Shown here one piece after another: positions 19,427 through 29,335 of a DNA stretch of 64,000 nt. Source of the stretch: a virus (lineage: Duplodnaviria; Caudoviricetes). How positions within the stretch are numbered: position 1 is the stretch's first letter; every line of letters starts with the position of its first letter. Below the pieces are notes generated by a model. That model searched no databases and was not told the origin of the DNA. It worked only from the letters and a program-made list of their open reading frames with translations. Made by a program: the position numbers and the translations under genes. The stretch covers positions 32,681 to 96,680 of the IMG/VR virus record IMGVR_UViG_3300022906_000002. One strand, 5' to 3'.

Positions 19427-22400
19427 CTATCTGAGCCACCGCTTCGAGGTTCTGGGGTCCATCGGGAGGAATTCGATCTCCGCCAAAGAGTGAACGAAAG
19501 CGGCCGCCTTGTCACGATTCATCGTCAGGAACGCCCCGGCATCATTGGCCGCGCGGGCCGCTCGAATCACGGCATGCGCCCAATGGATCTCCCATGAGCG
19601 AAGATTCTCCGCGCCGGGGCCGCGCGATGCGCGGGTGTCGAGCACGGCAACGGCAGAGGCGGTGAGCACATTGAACACCCCTCGCCGCCTCTGTTGTTTC
19701 AGCGGCGCGCTGAATCGCCGCAAGGCTTCAATCCTCATGTTCCCCTCCAGTCTCTGCCCCGGATCGCCCGAGGCGGTCAAAAAGTCTACGTGCCGCCCTC
19801 TCGCTCCCGAATGGCCAGCCCTTGCGCGACTAGCTTCCGTACCCGAGCGGCGCCGATGGGCGTCCCGGTCTCGCGTCCAGGGCCGACCGCACTCAGGATG
19901 CCGCCGATCTCGCCTAGGTCGCGGCCTTCTTCGAACATCCCGAGCGCGCGCAGTGAACGCTCCCTGCTCTGTGCTCGACCGGCCGTTTTCGAGAGGAAGG
20001 TCATTCAATCGCCTCTCTTGTCTCCCGCTCTTGACGCTCGAATTTGCGCGTCCCGAGTCCTCCTTCACGGAGAGTCCTGACGATTCGGTCAATGCTGGTG
20101 CGGACGGTGAAGGTCGTCTCTACCGCGAAGGGCACGCTCTCTTCCCTTTCGCCAAGGTGTCCGCCGAATGCTTCGCGAACCCAGATTATCGCGCGCCGCT
20201 TCTCTGGGAAGTCGAGGCCACCGAAGCGGTAGAAATATTCGTCGGCCTTCCAGAAGGCCCGCGTCACCTTGGCGTAGAAGCGATGCTGCTCGCCTTCGAG
20301 CATGTCCAGCGGCGACATTCCAACGATCGGATAGAAACTCTCGTTGCTCATGTTGCACAGCCTCTCGGTGCCGATCTCGCGGATGGTCGCGGTGGCATGC
20401 CCACGCGGCTCTTGCTCCACGTACCATCCGATCGTCCATGGATGCAGACCGGACGAATTGCACAGCACGAGGTCACCGACTACCGGCTGGCGGTATGCGG
20501 CGAAGTGAGCGTAATGGCCGCGGTCGCCAAATCCGCGCTCGAAGTCGGCGGCGCTGAACGTGAGGTTGACCTTGCGCGCGAGGATCTGCGTCGTCGAAAG
20601 TTCGCGCACGATCGCCGTCAATATGCGCTCCTTGTCCGTCATCTCGGGGTCTGAATTGCGCTTCATGTCACCACCTTCGCCCGGGTCATTCCTGTTCTTT
20701 CGCGATCCCATCGCGCCAGGTTCCGGGCGGCGGCCGAGAGAGCACGCGCCTCACCACGCGATCCGCTCCAATGCTGAGGACCGCGCCAGAACTTTAAGAA
20801 CTCCTTGCGGGCCTCCCATGTTTCGGCGTCAACGTTCTCTATCTTGCTCAGGTAGCAGACTGGCGGCTCGTCCCTGAGGTGGTCGCCTTGAACGATCAGG
20901 CCGAGCGAACGGAGTGCGTCGAAGGTCGAACCGATGGCGCTCATACCGCCGCCGCCCTTGCCCGCGTTTCGTCAAGCATCGCCCGCCGCTCGTTTTCTAG
21001 TCGACGACGGTCGATCTCGTGGAATCGGTCGAGCAGGTCGCCAACATTCACGGCGCGGCTCCATCCACGGTAATCGTCTTCAGAAAGCTCGACCGACTGA
21101 TCCCGGCACCATTCAATGAAGCCTTCTATGGCTCGCCGTTCGTCGAGGTTTCTGGCCCATCGGTCGATCATGGGCTCGACGCCAGGGCTTGGCGTATCGT
21201 TCATGGCGCTTCTCCGAAAGCTGCCGGGAGTAGCCGCTGCGTCTTCCCGGTCGCGTATGCCGCCGACAGCGCGGGCATCGCATGATCGCCGACGCTCCGC
21301 CCGTCCGGCATGAGGATGTAGGCCAGGAATTCCTCCTCGAACGTCGCGATTCCGGCGGCCACCGCTTCGAGCTTCGCCTTGACCGCTAGCGCCAGCGCGC
21401 GCCATCTCTGCCGGCTCGCTTGTTCCCATGCGGCGCGAGCTGCGGTATCCGACCGCGGGCGACCTTGCGAGGTCGTGACGAATTCCTCGGCGTTCGGGTC
21501 CGGCATCGGCAGCTCGAAGCGGATGCGCTTCCCACCGATCATGAATGCGATGATCGCCCGCTTGCCTGAATCCTCCCATCCGTACATGAAGCCCTGCGCG
21601 CCGTAGCGCGTGAGCGTCTTCTCGATCTCGTTGCGTGACCGGTCGGCGGGGACTTCGGTCTTCTCGGCGTAGCGGCTCATGACGCGCTCCCAAAGTTCCC
21701 GAACGTCCCGCCGCCGCGCTTCCATGCAAGTAGGTTTTGCAGCATCTTCCAGCCCTTCGCGGTCAGGTCGTAAACCGGCGCGATTCCGGTACCCAGCGAG
21801 ACCAGCAGCCCGGCCGCTTCGATGTCTTCGGCGCAACTCCAGTCGTCGTGCGGGATGTGCGCTGGCATCTCGCGCCCCTTCAACCGAGTCAGTGCCGGCG
21901 GAAAGTTCATGAGGTGCCCAAGCATTCCAGGCGGAACGAGTCCGGGATGGATCTTCGGCTCGCAACGCATCCTTTTGAGATCCGGCCTCCCGCCGGCACC
22001 GACGACGCACGAGGCGAGGTAGGCAAACGTGGACCAATGGTCCTTGCCGAAGTCCTTGAGCTTGACGGTCACGCCCCACCTCCCGCCGCCTCAATCGCTT
22101 CCAGTTCCGCCTTCGCCTTCGCCAGCTCGGCGCCGGATTCGAGGGCGGCGATGCGCGCCCGAAGATCCGTCGCCTTGGCGTTGCGGTCGATCTCGGCCTT
22201 GATCTCGCGGGCTTGACGCTCCATTTCCCGGACTGCATCTTCTCGATCCTTCTTCGTAGCCCGGAACTGGTCAAGGGCTTCCGTCAGCCGCGCGGTAAGC
22301 GCTTCGTCTAGAATCCAAAGCGACGGCTTTTGCGTGCCGTTTTCGTCTTCGTCGGGCGTGCACTGCACCGCGTCTGCGATCAACTCCTCGATCGTTTCGC

Positions 22401-22697
22401 CCTCTACCTCGCGGAAGGCGTCCTCGTACCCGCTGTAACCGTCGGCGTAGGCGTCCGGACAGTACAGTAGCGCCCTGATCTTCGCTTCGCTCATGATTCA
22501 CTACCTCCAGTAGATTCAACCCGCGGCGCCCAAATTGCTCGGATCATTCCCGATAGTCCGACACCAACCATGATGCCGCCAGAGAAGATTAGAAACTCTC
22601 CGCCAGCGTCTACCGCGGCCGCGGCGTATGCGGCAAGGCCGGCGACGGCGAGGGCGCCGCAGAGGCAGAGATAGACGACCCGTTGCCCGAACGTCAC
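19427..22697 (-). other. run of coupled hypothetical genes (19427-19738, 19786-20004, 20001-20666, 20663-20944, 20941-21204, 21201-21680, 21677-22072, 22069-22494, 22491-22697)
   Basis: Consecutive 4-bp stop/start overlaps and GGAG RBSs; 21201-21680 (MSRYAEKTEVPADRSRNEIE) resembles a conserved phage family. Confidence 0.7.
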
Positions 22698-22888
22698 GGC
22701 TTCCTCCGGCGCCCGCGCTCCATGGGCCACGTGCGAGCGAGCAGATCTCGAACTACGGCCCCCAAGGGAACGCCGAGGCATGCCGCCCGCTCGCGGTAGT
22801 CGGCGAGATCATCGGCCGGTATGAGCACCTGGAAGGCGGGGTCTCGCTTGCGAGTCAGCGATGCGGAGATGTTTTTCGGATCAGGCAT
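22694..22888 (-). CDS. ribbon-helix-helix-like regulator
   Basis: FQVLIPADDLADYRERAACLGVPLGAVVRDLL. Confidence 0.6.
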   Translation of the reverse strand: MPDPKNISASLTRKRDPAFQVLIPADDLADYRERAACLGVPLGAVVRDLLARTWPMERGRRRKP

Positions 22889-23075
22889 CGGCGGCGTCCT
22901 CTTCCTTGTCGCGCTCGCCGATCGTGAGCAGTGGGCCGGCAACCGCGTGCGCGTCTCGGTGCTCGCCGCAGTGGCGGCAGTGGCCCATGCGCGGCAGGTA
23001 AATCGGGCCGAGCGCCGGAATCAGGTTGACGCTTTGTTCTTCCTCGAATTCATGCTTCAGCGGATCGCGATCCAT
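22881..23075 (-). CDS. small CxxC protein
   Basis: HCRHCGEHRDAH; AAGGAG RBS; first gene of the leftward operon. Confidence 0.5.
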   Translation of the reverse strand: MDRDPLKHEFEEEQSVNLIPALGPIYLPRMGHCRHCGEHRDAHAVAGPLLTIGERDKEEDAADA

Positions 23076-23118
23076 GGGCGTCTTCTCCTTTTGGCGAGCA
23101 GCGCGCTCGACTTGAGAA

Positions 23119-23213
23119 ATAGTGACACAGTCACTAACGCTTGTCAACGTGACAAATCGCAGAACGCCGCACTCGCTTCATCGTCAAGCGCAACCTGCGC
23201 GCAGTGCTAAACT
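23119..23213. promoter_or_regulatory. divergent promoters with two palindromic operators
   Basis: (-) TTGACA-17-CACTAT overlapped by TAGTGAC-aca-GTCACTA and TTGTCA-acg-TGACAA; (+) TGcTAAACT at 23205-23213. Confidence 0.7.
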
Positions 23214-23222
23214 CCCGCCCCA

Positions 23223-23618
23223 ATGGACCACTCGATCCTCATGTACGTCCGGGACCGCTGCATCACGTCAATACCGTTGCTGGTGGCGCTGGTCGTCGGA
23301 AACGCGCTGATCGCCGCCTGCTACCTCTACATTCCCGCCGTCCTCGACCGCATCGCTCGGGCCATCGGATCAGACTCCCCGGGCTTCCACGAGATCCGCG
23401 GCACGGCCCGGTTCGTGCGCGCCTGCGGATTCACTCACGTGGCGTCGATCGCCGTTTTGTTTTGGCCGGGGCTCGATTGGCCCGCCGTCTTCGTCCTGGC
23501 GCTGACCGGCGTCGTCTCGGCCGCTTTCGCCGCCCGCCTGCATGCGCACTACCGCGAGATCATCCGGGAGTTGGAGGCGGCACGAGAGCTGCGCGCGTTG
23601 AGGTCGGCGAATGTCTGA
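23223..23618 (+). CDS. three-TM membrane protein
   Basis: Three hydrophobic segments, charged C-terminus. Confidence 0.7.
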   Translation: MDHSILMYVRDRCITSIPLLVALVVGNALIAACYLYIPAVLDRIARAIGSDSPGFHEIRGTARFVRACGFTHVASIAVLFWPGLDWPAVFVLALTGVVSAAFAARLHAHYREIIRELEAARELRALRSANV

Positions 23619-24327
23619 CCGGGTGGACGGGTGGGTGACAGAGCACTGGGATGGCATCGTTGGCGGCGGGGCGGCCGGCTTCATGCTGCTCCGCGAGCTG
23701 TACCGGATGTGGACGGAGCGCTCCAAGATCGCAGCGGACACGGCGCGCGACCACCGGGCGGAGGGCGAGGGACTCGTTTCGCAGGCGCTGGCCATGGTCA
23801 AGGAGCTTCAGGCGCGCGACGACCGATCCCAGAAGGAGATCGCGGATCGCGGCACGCGGATCGAACGGCTTGTCGCCGAACTGGAGCACGTTCAGGAGGC
23901 GCACGAAGCGCTCGGCCGCGACGTCGGCCGCCGCGGGCTCGCGATCTTGGCCGAGGAGCTAATCGACCCGATCGACTCCTTGGGCGGCGTTCTCGACGCG
24001 CTGCCCTGCGCCCTAGTCGTCACGCGCAAGCACGACGGCCGATTCATTTTCCCGAACCGCGTGTTCTGCGAACTACTCGGCGCCTCGCGGGCCGATCTCA
24101 TCTCGCAAAGCTGGCGCGATCGCATCGCCCCGTCAGATCTCACGGCGACTATGGCGATTGAAGCCAGGGCGCTCGGTGAGCCGGTCGAGATCGAGAACAG
24201 CTACCGAACGGGTCCGAACGCGGATGGGCCGTTGGTGCGACTGCACTGGTGGGCCGCCCGGTATGCCAAGGGCGGGGTCTCGATCGCCTACGCCATGCCG
24301 GTCACGCGGGGTCAGGACGAGACTTGA
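23611..24327 (+). CDS. membrane anchor - coiled coil - PAS domain protein
   Basis: VLDALPCALVVT...DGRFIFPNRVFCELLGASRADLISQSWRDRIAPSD is a PAS signature; no output domain. Confidence 0.8.
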   Translation: MSDRVDGWVTEHWDGIVGGGAAGFMLLRELYRMWTERSKIAADTARDHRAEGEGLVSQALAMVKELQARDDRSQKEIADRGTRIERLVAELEHVQEAHEALGRDVGRRGLAILAEELIDPIDSLGGVLDALPCALVVTRKHDGRFIFPNRVFCELLGASRADLISQSWRDRIAPSDLTATMAIEARALGEPVEIENSYRTGPNADGPLVRLHWWAARYAKGGVSIAYAMPVTRGQDET

Positions 24328-24442
24328 GCTCCGCCCCGAACCGCGTCCGCATTCTATTCGCCGGGCGGAATTGTCCGTGCTGCGATCAGTTGGACGGTGC
24401 GCGTATTCGGAGCGGAGAATCGGAAAGAGCTGTCGCGGCCGG

Positions 24443-24604
24443 TCAAGAGGGATCGACGGAAGCGACGTAGCGCTGCGGGAATACTGCGGCGAGCACTACG
24501 GCCTTGATCGTCCTCCGCTCTGCCGCGGCGCGGGCGAGGATCTCTATGTGCTCTTCGTCCGTGAGTTCTACGTATAGGTGCTTCGGTTTTGGCTTCTTTT
24601 CCAT
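24443..24604 (-). CDS. ribbon-helix-helix-like regulator
   Basis: MEKKPKPKHLYVELTDEEHIEILARAAAERRTIKAVV (53 aa); GGAGG RBS. Confidence 0.65.
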   Translation of the reverse strand: MEKKPKPKHLYVELTDEEHIEILARAAAERRTIKAVVLAAVFPQRYVASVDPS

Positions 24605-24642
24605 GGATTCCCTCCGTCCAAATCAGGGGTTTCGTTCTGCTG

Positions 24643-26108
24643 TTAGCCGTCGATCATCTTTTGCGCCGCGTCGTGGATGTCCTCGCACTTCTCGTAAAGC
24701 GCCGGCTGTCCGTGAGCCAGACCCCTCGCGACGTTCGCAAGCTTTTTGATCAACTCAAGAATCTTCTCGGTGTCCGTCATTGCTCTTGCCCTCCCGCTCG
24801 ATCCTCCGGCTATTCGGAAGCTCGCGGAGTGCGCCGCCGAAGCGGCGCCCTACCGCCAGCCGCCGATCAGGGCTTCAATACCCAGGCGTGCTGACTCAGA
24901 AGAACGGCAACCATGCCGCGTGGGCAGTCGCTCGCGATCCTTAACTCGCCGTCCTCGGTTCTGTAGGCCAGCGGCCGATGGTCGCCGGCCTTGTCGCGGT
25001 CGCGGTCGTAGAATTCGCAACCCTCGGAAATCCTGCCGCCGTCCGGCAGATGCTTGACTCGATCCCGCTTGAAGACTTCCTTTGCCTTCGGCGCGTTGAC
25101 GCTTTCGATCCAAGCCCGCGAGTCGTGGCACCCCGGCGCGGTCAGGTCCACGCTTAGCCCGCTCGCGCTCGGAACGCATCCCTTTTCTTGCGCAACCCTG
25201 AGCAGGGCGGCCTTTGCAGGCTCGATCTCTCGAAACCAGAGATCGTAGGAGCGGTCCTGGATCGCCCACATGACATGCAAGATGAATCCGGGGCCGTCCG
25301 GCGTGTCCTCCAGCGTCCCGCTCATCCCGTCCCAGATGCACAGGCCGTGGTCGCCCTGGATCTCACTGAGCAACCCTTGCAGGTGCGCCATCTCTGCGCG
25401 GATTTCTTCGACGCTCTTCGTGGTGATGGTTGCGTTCATTGGGTCCCGCCTTTCGTAGCCAAGCCGTCCGATCATCGGAGGCTCGCGGTGACCGAGCCGA
25501 AACCCGGCTGCCGTGAACCACCGCGGGCCTACTACAAGTAACCCGGCGAGTCAGTCTCGTCGCCGACCAGAACCAGCCATGGCCGAGCAGGTCTCCAGTC
25601 CACGGGGGCGCCCGTGGAAACCTCGGCCACCTCGACCTCGGACGAATTCGGGTTCTGGGCGATAATACGCGCCCCTTCGATACAGGTCTCCACTTTGTCG
25701 CTGAACAGATGGCGCCGCACTACTCGGTCGCCGCACCTGAACACCCAACTAACGCCGTACCTGCCCATACTAAGCCCCCTTCTCTCTGTAACCCGCTCCG
25801 CGCGGGAATGTTCAGTAGCACCGAATTTCCCGAGAAAAGGTTCTCCGGTCGCCGTAGGCGTGCTCGAACCAGATCGCGCGGGGAAATGAACGGTGGCGCC
25901 CCCGTGCTGCGCGGACCGCAGCCCTTCGGACCAGCTCCGCGCCGACAGCGTTGAGCGCTTCGATCTGGTCGAAGGCGGACCGGCTTCCACGCGTGCCTTG
26001 GGCGCACGCTTCGATCAACTCGATCTCCATTTGGCGGCCGATCTCGCGAAGAAGTTCGTCTTCCATCTTGCGGGCGTTGCGGGTGGTGGTGTCGAAGTGA
26101 ATCTTCAT
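24643..26108 (-). other. hypothetical genes (24643-24780, 24867-25439, 25532-25768, 25812-26108)
   Basis: Purine-rich RBSs; co-oriented downstream of the promoter at 26142-26170. Confidence 0.55.
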
Positions 26109-26141
26109 GGCGCTCTCCGTTCGATTCGTCCAACGGGAGAC

Positions 26142-26215
26142 ATTATTCCCTCATCTTTCCTCTAAGTCAAGAGGGAAATAGAGGGCATATCGATGTCGCC
26201 CAAAGAGAGTAGAAT
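26142..26215. promoter_or_regulatory. divergent promoters with a four-box operator
   Basis: (-) TTGACT-17-AATAAT; boxes TTCCCTC, TTTCCTC, GAGGGAA, GAGGGCA; (+) TAGAAT at 26210. Confidence 0.7.
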
Positions 26216-26224
26216 CAGCCGCGA

Positions 26225-27157
26225 ATGGCCACCGACAAGCTATCTTTAGTTATTGCTGAGGGGTGGGAGGGCGGCGGAACGCTTGCCGCGAGCTACAGCC
26301 CTATCGTCGAAGCCTTCGAAGAGCGCGCCCCGGGGATCGTTCACCACGCCGGGACATCCGCGGGGGCTATCACCGCGCTCCTGCGGGCCATTCTCGCTCC
26401 GGCCGCGCACATCCGGGAGTTGCAAGAACTGACGCCGTGGGACCGATTCGCTGGATACCGGCCGCCCGCTTTCATCCGCCTGCTCCTCCGCGGCGGATGG
26501 CACCCGATCGACTACGCGCGCTCATGGATCGCCGATCGCCTCCGGGACGCGGGGCTACCGAACGGCCTCACGTTCGCCGGGCTCAAGAAGCGCAAGGGGC
26601 ACTCGCTCTACGTGGCGGCCACGCGGTATTTTCGCCACGTGGACGGCGGCGTCGAAGCGGAGCCCTACTTGTTCAGCCCCGCGACTACGCCGGACGCCCC
26701 GGTGGGTGCCGCGGTCCTTGCTTCGATGGCGGTGCCTCTCTTCTGGCCTCCGGTCGGCGTCGGCGGCTGGTTCTTTTGCGACGGAGGAGTCGCACAGAAT
26801 CATCCGCTTTCCGTCTTCGCGCAGTTCCCTCTAGAGCAGATCGTCGGCATTCGGCTCGACTCGCGGAGGGAGCTGCTCTTCGAATCCGGGGAGATCGCCA
26901 AGGAACCGGTGCGGCCGGGAATCGGCGGAATCGTGGCCGCGAACGCCACCATGCTCCGGACGATTGCAAACCGGACGTTTGTCCCGGATACCCTATGGCC
27001 GCGGATTATCCGAATCGACACGGGAGACGAGAGCGCCCTGGACTTCCGGGCGAACCCGGATCGGTTGGTGCGACTGCGGGCGGCTGGGTCCGCGGCGCTC
27101 GACTCGTGGCTGGCGATGGAGGAGCATAATTCTGAGCTCCAAGGAGCGAGACGATGA
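26225..27157 (+). CDS. patatin-like phospholipase
   Basis: EGGG oxyanion loop, GTSAG nucleophile, ASMAVPLFW, DGG catalytic Asp. Confidence 0.92.
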   Translation: MATDKLSLVIAEGWEGGGTLAASYSPIVEAFEERAPGIVHHAGTSAGAITALLRAILAPAAHIRELQELTPWDRFAGYRPPAFIRLLLRGGWHPIDYARSWIADRLRDAGLPNGLTFAGLKKRKGHSLYVAATRYFRHVDGGVEAEPYLFSPATTPDAPVGAAVLASMAVPLFWPPVGVGGWFFCDGGVAQNHPLSVFAQFPLEQIVGIRLDSRRELLFESGEIAKEPVRPGIGGIVAANATMLRTIANRTFVPDTLWPRIIRIDTGDESALDFRANPDRLVRLRAAGSAALDSWLAMEEHNSELQGARR

Positions 27158-28377
27158 CGACCGTAGAAGGCCCCGCCGCGGGCGAAACGTTACGGTTCCC
27201 GCGAATCGCTACGCCGTCGGTTCCCGTGGCGAAGAAGCCGCGAACCGACCGGCCTGGCGCCATGACACCGCCGAGCCTAAACCAGATCGCCGTCCTCGAT
27301 TGGCTGCGCCGATGGCCCGGATTGCGGCTCCGCGAAAAAGGCCGATGGACGGCGACGTGGAACAGCGAAGCGTCCCGCTTACAGATGCTCCGGACGGCCG
27401 TTCACTTGCAGGGTTACGCGCCCGCAGAGGCACTGGACGGCAAGGAGGGATGGGGATCTTTCGACTACACCCCGCGGTGCGGCACGTCCACATTGAATGC
27501 GCTCATTGCTCGCGGGCTAGTTGATCCGGAGGCGGTCGGCAGGTATCTCCACTACCGCCTGTCGGACGCCGGGCGCGCGGCCCTCTTGCGCTTCTGCTTC
27601 CTGCTAGCCGCCTTCGTTCCGGTGAGGTCGAGCGAGCGGACGAAGCGGCCCGTTAAACCGTCTGCCGGGTTACTCAAGCGATACGGCGGCCGGGCGGCGG
27701 CGGAGTCGCACATGAAGTTCCACCAACAGCAGGCCGCCTACCATGCCCGGATCGCCGACCGTCTTCGCGCATCGCTCGAACTTTACGAAGGCTCCGAAGA
27801 GCAGCGCCGGGACGAATGGAAGGCGCGAGCAAAGCGATGATCGACCCAGCATTCACGCACCGCGGATGGTTTGGAGTCTGTCCGATTTACCTTGACGGAC
27901 TCGGCGACGGTCCAGTTCTCGCACCGCGGCATTGGATCTTCGAGCCCCTGCTCTGGATTTCCGAGGCAGCCTTTGCGCTGGCGAACTTCTGGCTTTCGGC
28001 GACCGATCCGGAGTTCGAGCCCGGGTTTCCGATTCGGGTTACGGGGCTGATTGTGCGGCCCTGACCTTGACGCCAAACCGGCTTCGGCATAGACTAGCCT
28101 CCTAATGCCCGCGAGGGGGCAGGGGGGCAATATGGATCGAACGGTCGGAACTTGCGGTGAGTGCGGCGGCCGCGTGACGCTCCCGGAGGCATGGATGGGC
28201 ACAAGGCCGCCGATCCCGAGTTGCGAAAGTTGCGGGGCCACAAAGGCGCAGCCGTACGGGCCGGTGGTGAAGATGCGGCCGCGTCCCGTGGCGGGCGTCG
28301 TCAACGTAGCTGCGCGGGGCAAGTCGGCGGCGGAAATCGAGGCGTATCTTCGCGGGTGCCGGAAGGTGATCGCATGA
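27154..28377 (+). other. hypothetical genes (27154-27840, 27837-28064, 28105/28132-28377 Zn-ribbon)
   Basis: ATGA overlaps; CGECGG...CESCG; promoter TTGACG-17-TAGACT at 28067-28095. Confidence 0.55.
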
Positions 28378-28658
28378 GCGCGTGGTCACAGCGCGTCGAT
28401 CAGCTTTTCGCCGACGAAAAGGAACTCGCCTCGATCCCCGAAGGCGTGACTCTCGAACGCGACGGGCGCGGATGGTTCTGCTATTGCACCTTCCTGGACT
28501 ACTTCGCGGGCGGAGATACTCCGGCGGATGCCGTGCGCCGCTTCTGGCTCGGACTTATGGCGACGATCGCACTGAACCTCAGGAATTCCGGCGACTTCAA
28601 GCCAGTTCCTCGCGCGCGATACGACGAAGAGCTGGCGCTCGGGAGGGCTGCGGCGTGA
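28374..28658 (+). CDS. HicB-like protein (N-terminal domain only)
   Basis: LERDGRGWFCYCTFLDYFAGGDTPADAVRRF matches the HicB G(D/E)TxxxA pattern. Confidence 0.55.
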   Translation: MSAWSQRVDQLFADEKELASIPEGVTLERDGRGWFCYCTFLDYFAGGDTPADAVRRFWLGLMATIALNLRNSGDFKPVPRARYDEELALGRAAA

Positions 28659-29002
28659 CGCGACCGAAAGGGGCGCCGCCGGAGCTTCGCCGTTCGGATG
28701 AAGTCCTCGAAGAGATCCGCGCGCTGCTCGCCGATCAATCCGTCGTCGGCGTCCAGGGGTTTAAGGTCACGGCGAGGACAGAGCACTCGACCCGTCAAGT
28801 CGAATGGGGCGATCAGCGCATCCGGCCGTCCGCCTACCTCTCGGCCATCGGCAAGTCCGGCGGCGAGCAGTCCGGATTCGTTCGCCGATTTGAGCGTGCG
28901 ATGGCCGACCGTAACCTTCTCGACGCGGTCGGCATGGCTCGGGTCGAAGCGCGGCGAGAACTGGCGACCAAGGCGGCACGCAAGCGGTGGGGAAAGGAGT
29001 AG
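28655..29002 (+). CDS. basic hypothetical protein
   Basis: GTGA overlap; C-terminal AARKRWGK. Confidence 0.55.
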   Translation: MTRPKGAPPELRRSDEVLEEIRALLADQSVVGVQGFKVTARTEHSTRQVEWGDQRIRPSAYLSAIGKSGGEQSGFVRRFERAMADRNLLDAVGMARVEARRELATKAARKRWGKE

Positions 29003-29005
29003 AAT

Positions 29006-29247
29006 CCGACTCGCCCGCGCGCACCGCCTCCAGTCGGAACCCGCGCGAGCTTCGGGCGGCTCGGTAACGCGGGTCGCCCGTTTTTCGCTTAGTCCGAGTT
29101 ATCCGTCGGGCTAAATTTACCCTCCAAGCTAAACGTCTCTAAGCCTCCGCCCGTCGTGCTATCCTTCACTCAGCGCCCGGACAGTTCGGTGGCGGCTCGC
29201 GCAAAGGTTCTTCGCTGTCGACAAAACTACCAGACGGGTTTTTCGCT
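29006..29247 (+). ncRNA. two candidate small-RNA units
   Basis: -10 boxes at 29000 and 29160, hairpins, shared TTCGG(TG/G)GCGGCTCG-like core, both end GTTTTTCGCT. Confidence 0.35.
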
Positions 29248-29335
29248 CGGCGATAGGTGACGGGGTCAAAGGAGTGGCAAGCGACAGCACGGGAGGGCAG
29301 TACACTCCGGCGCTTGCCGAGGTTGACGGACTCGG

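Noticed and set aside
26225-27840. CBASS operon
   Set aside because: No CD-NTase or Cap2/Cap3 genes beside the patatin
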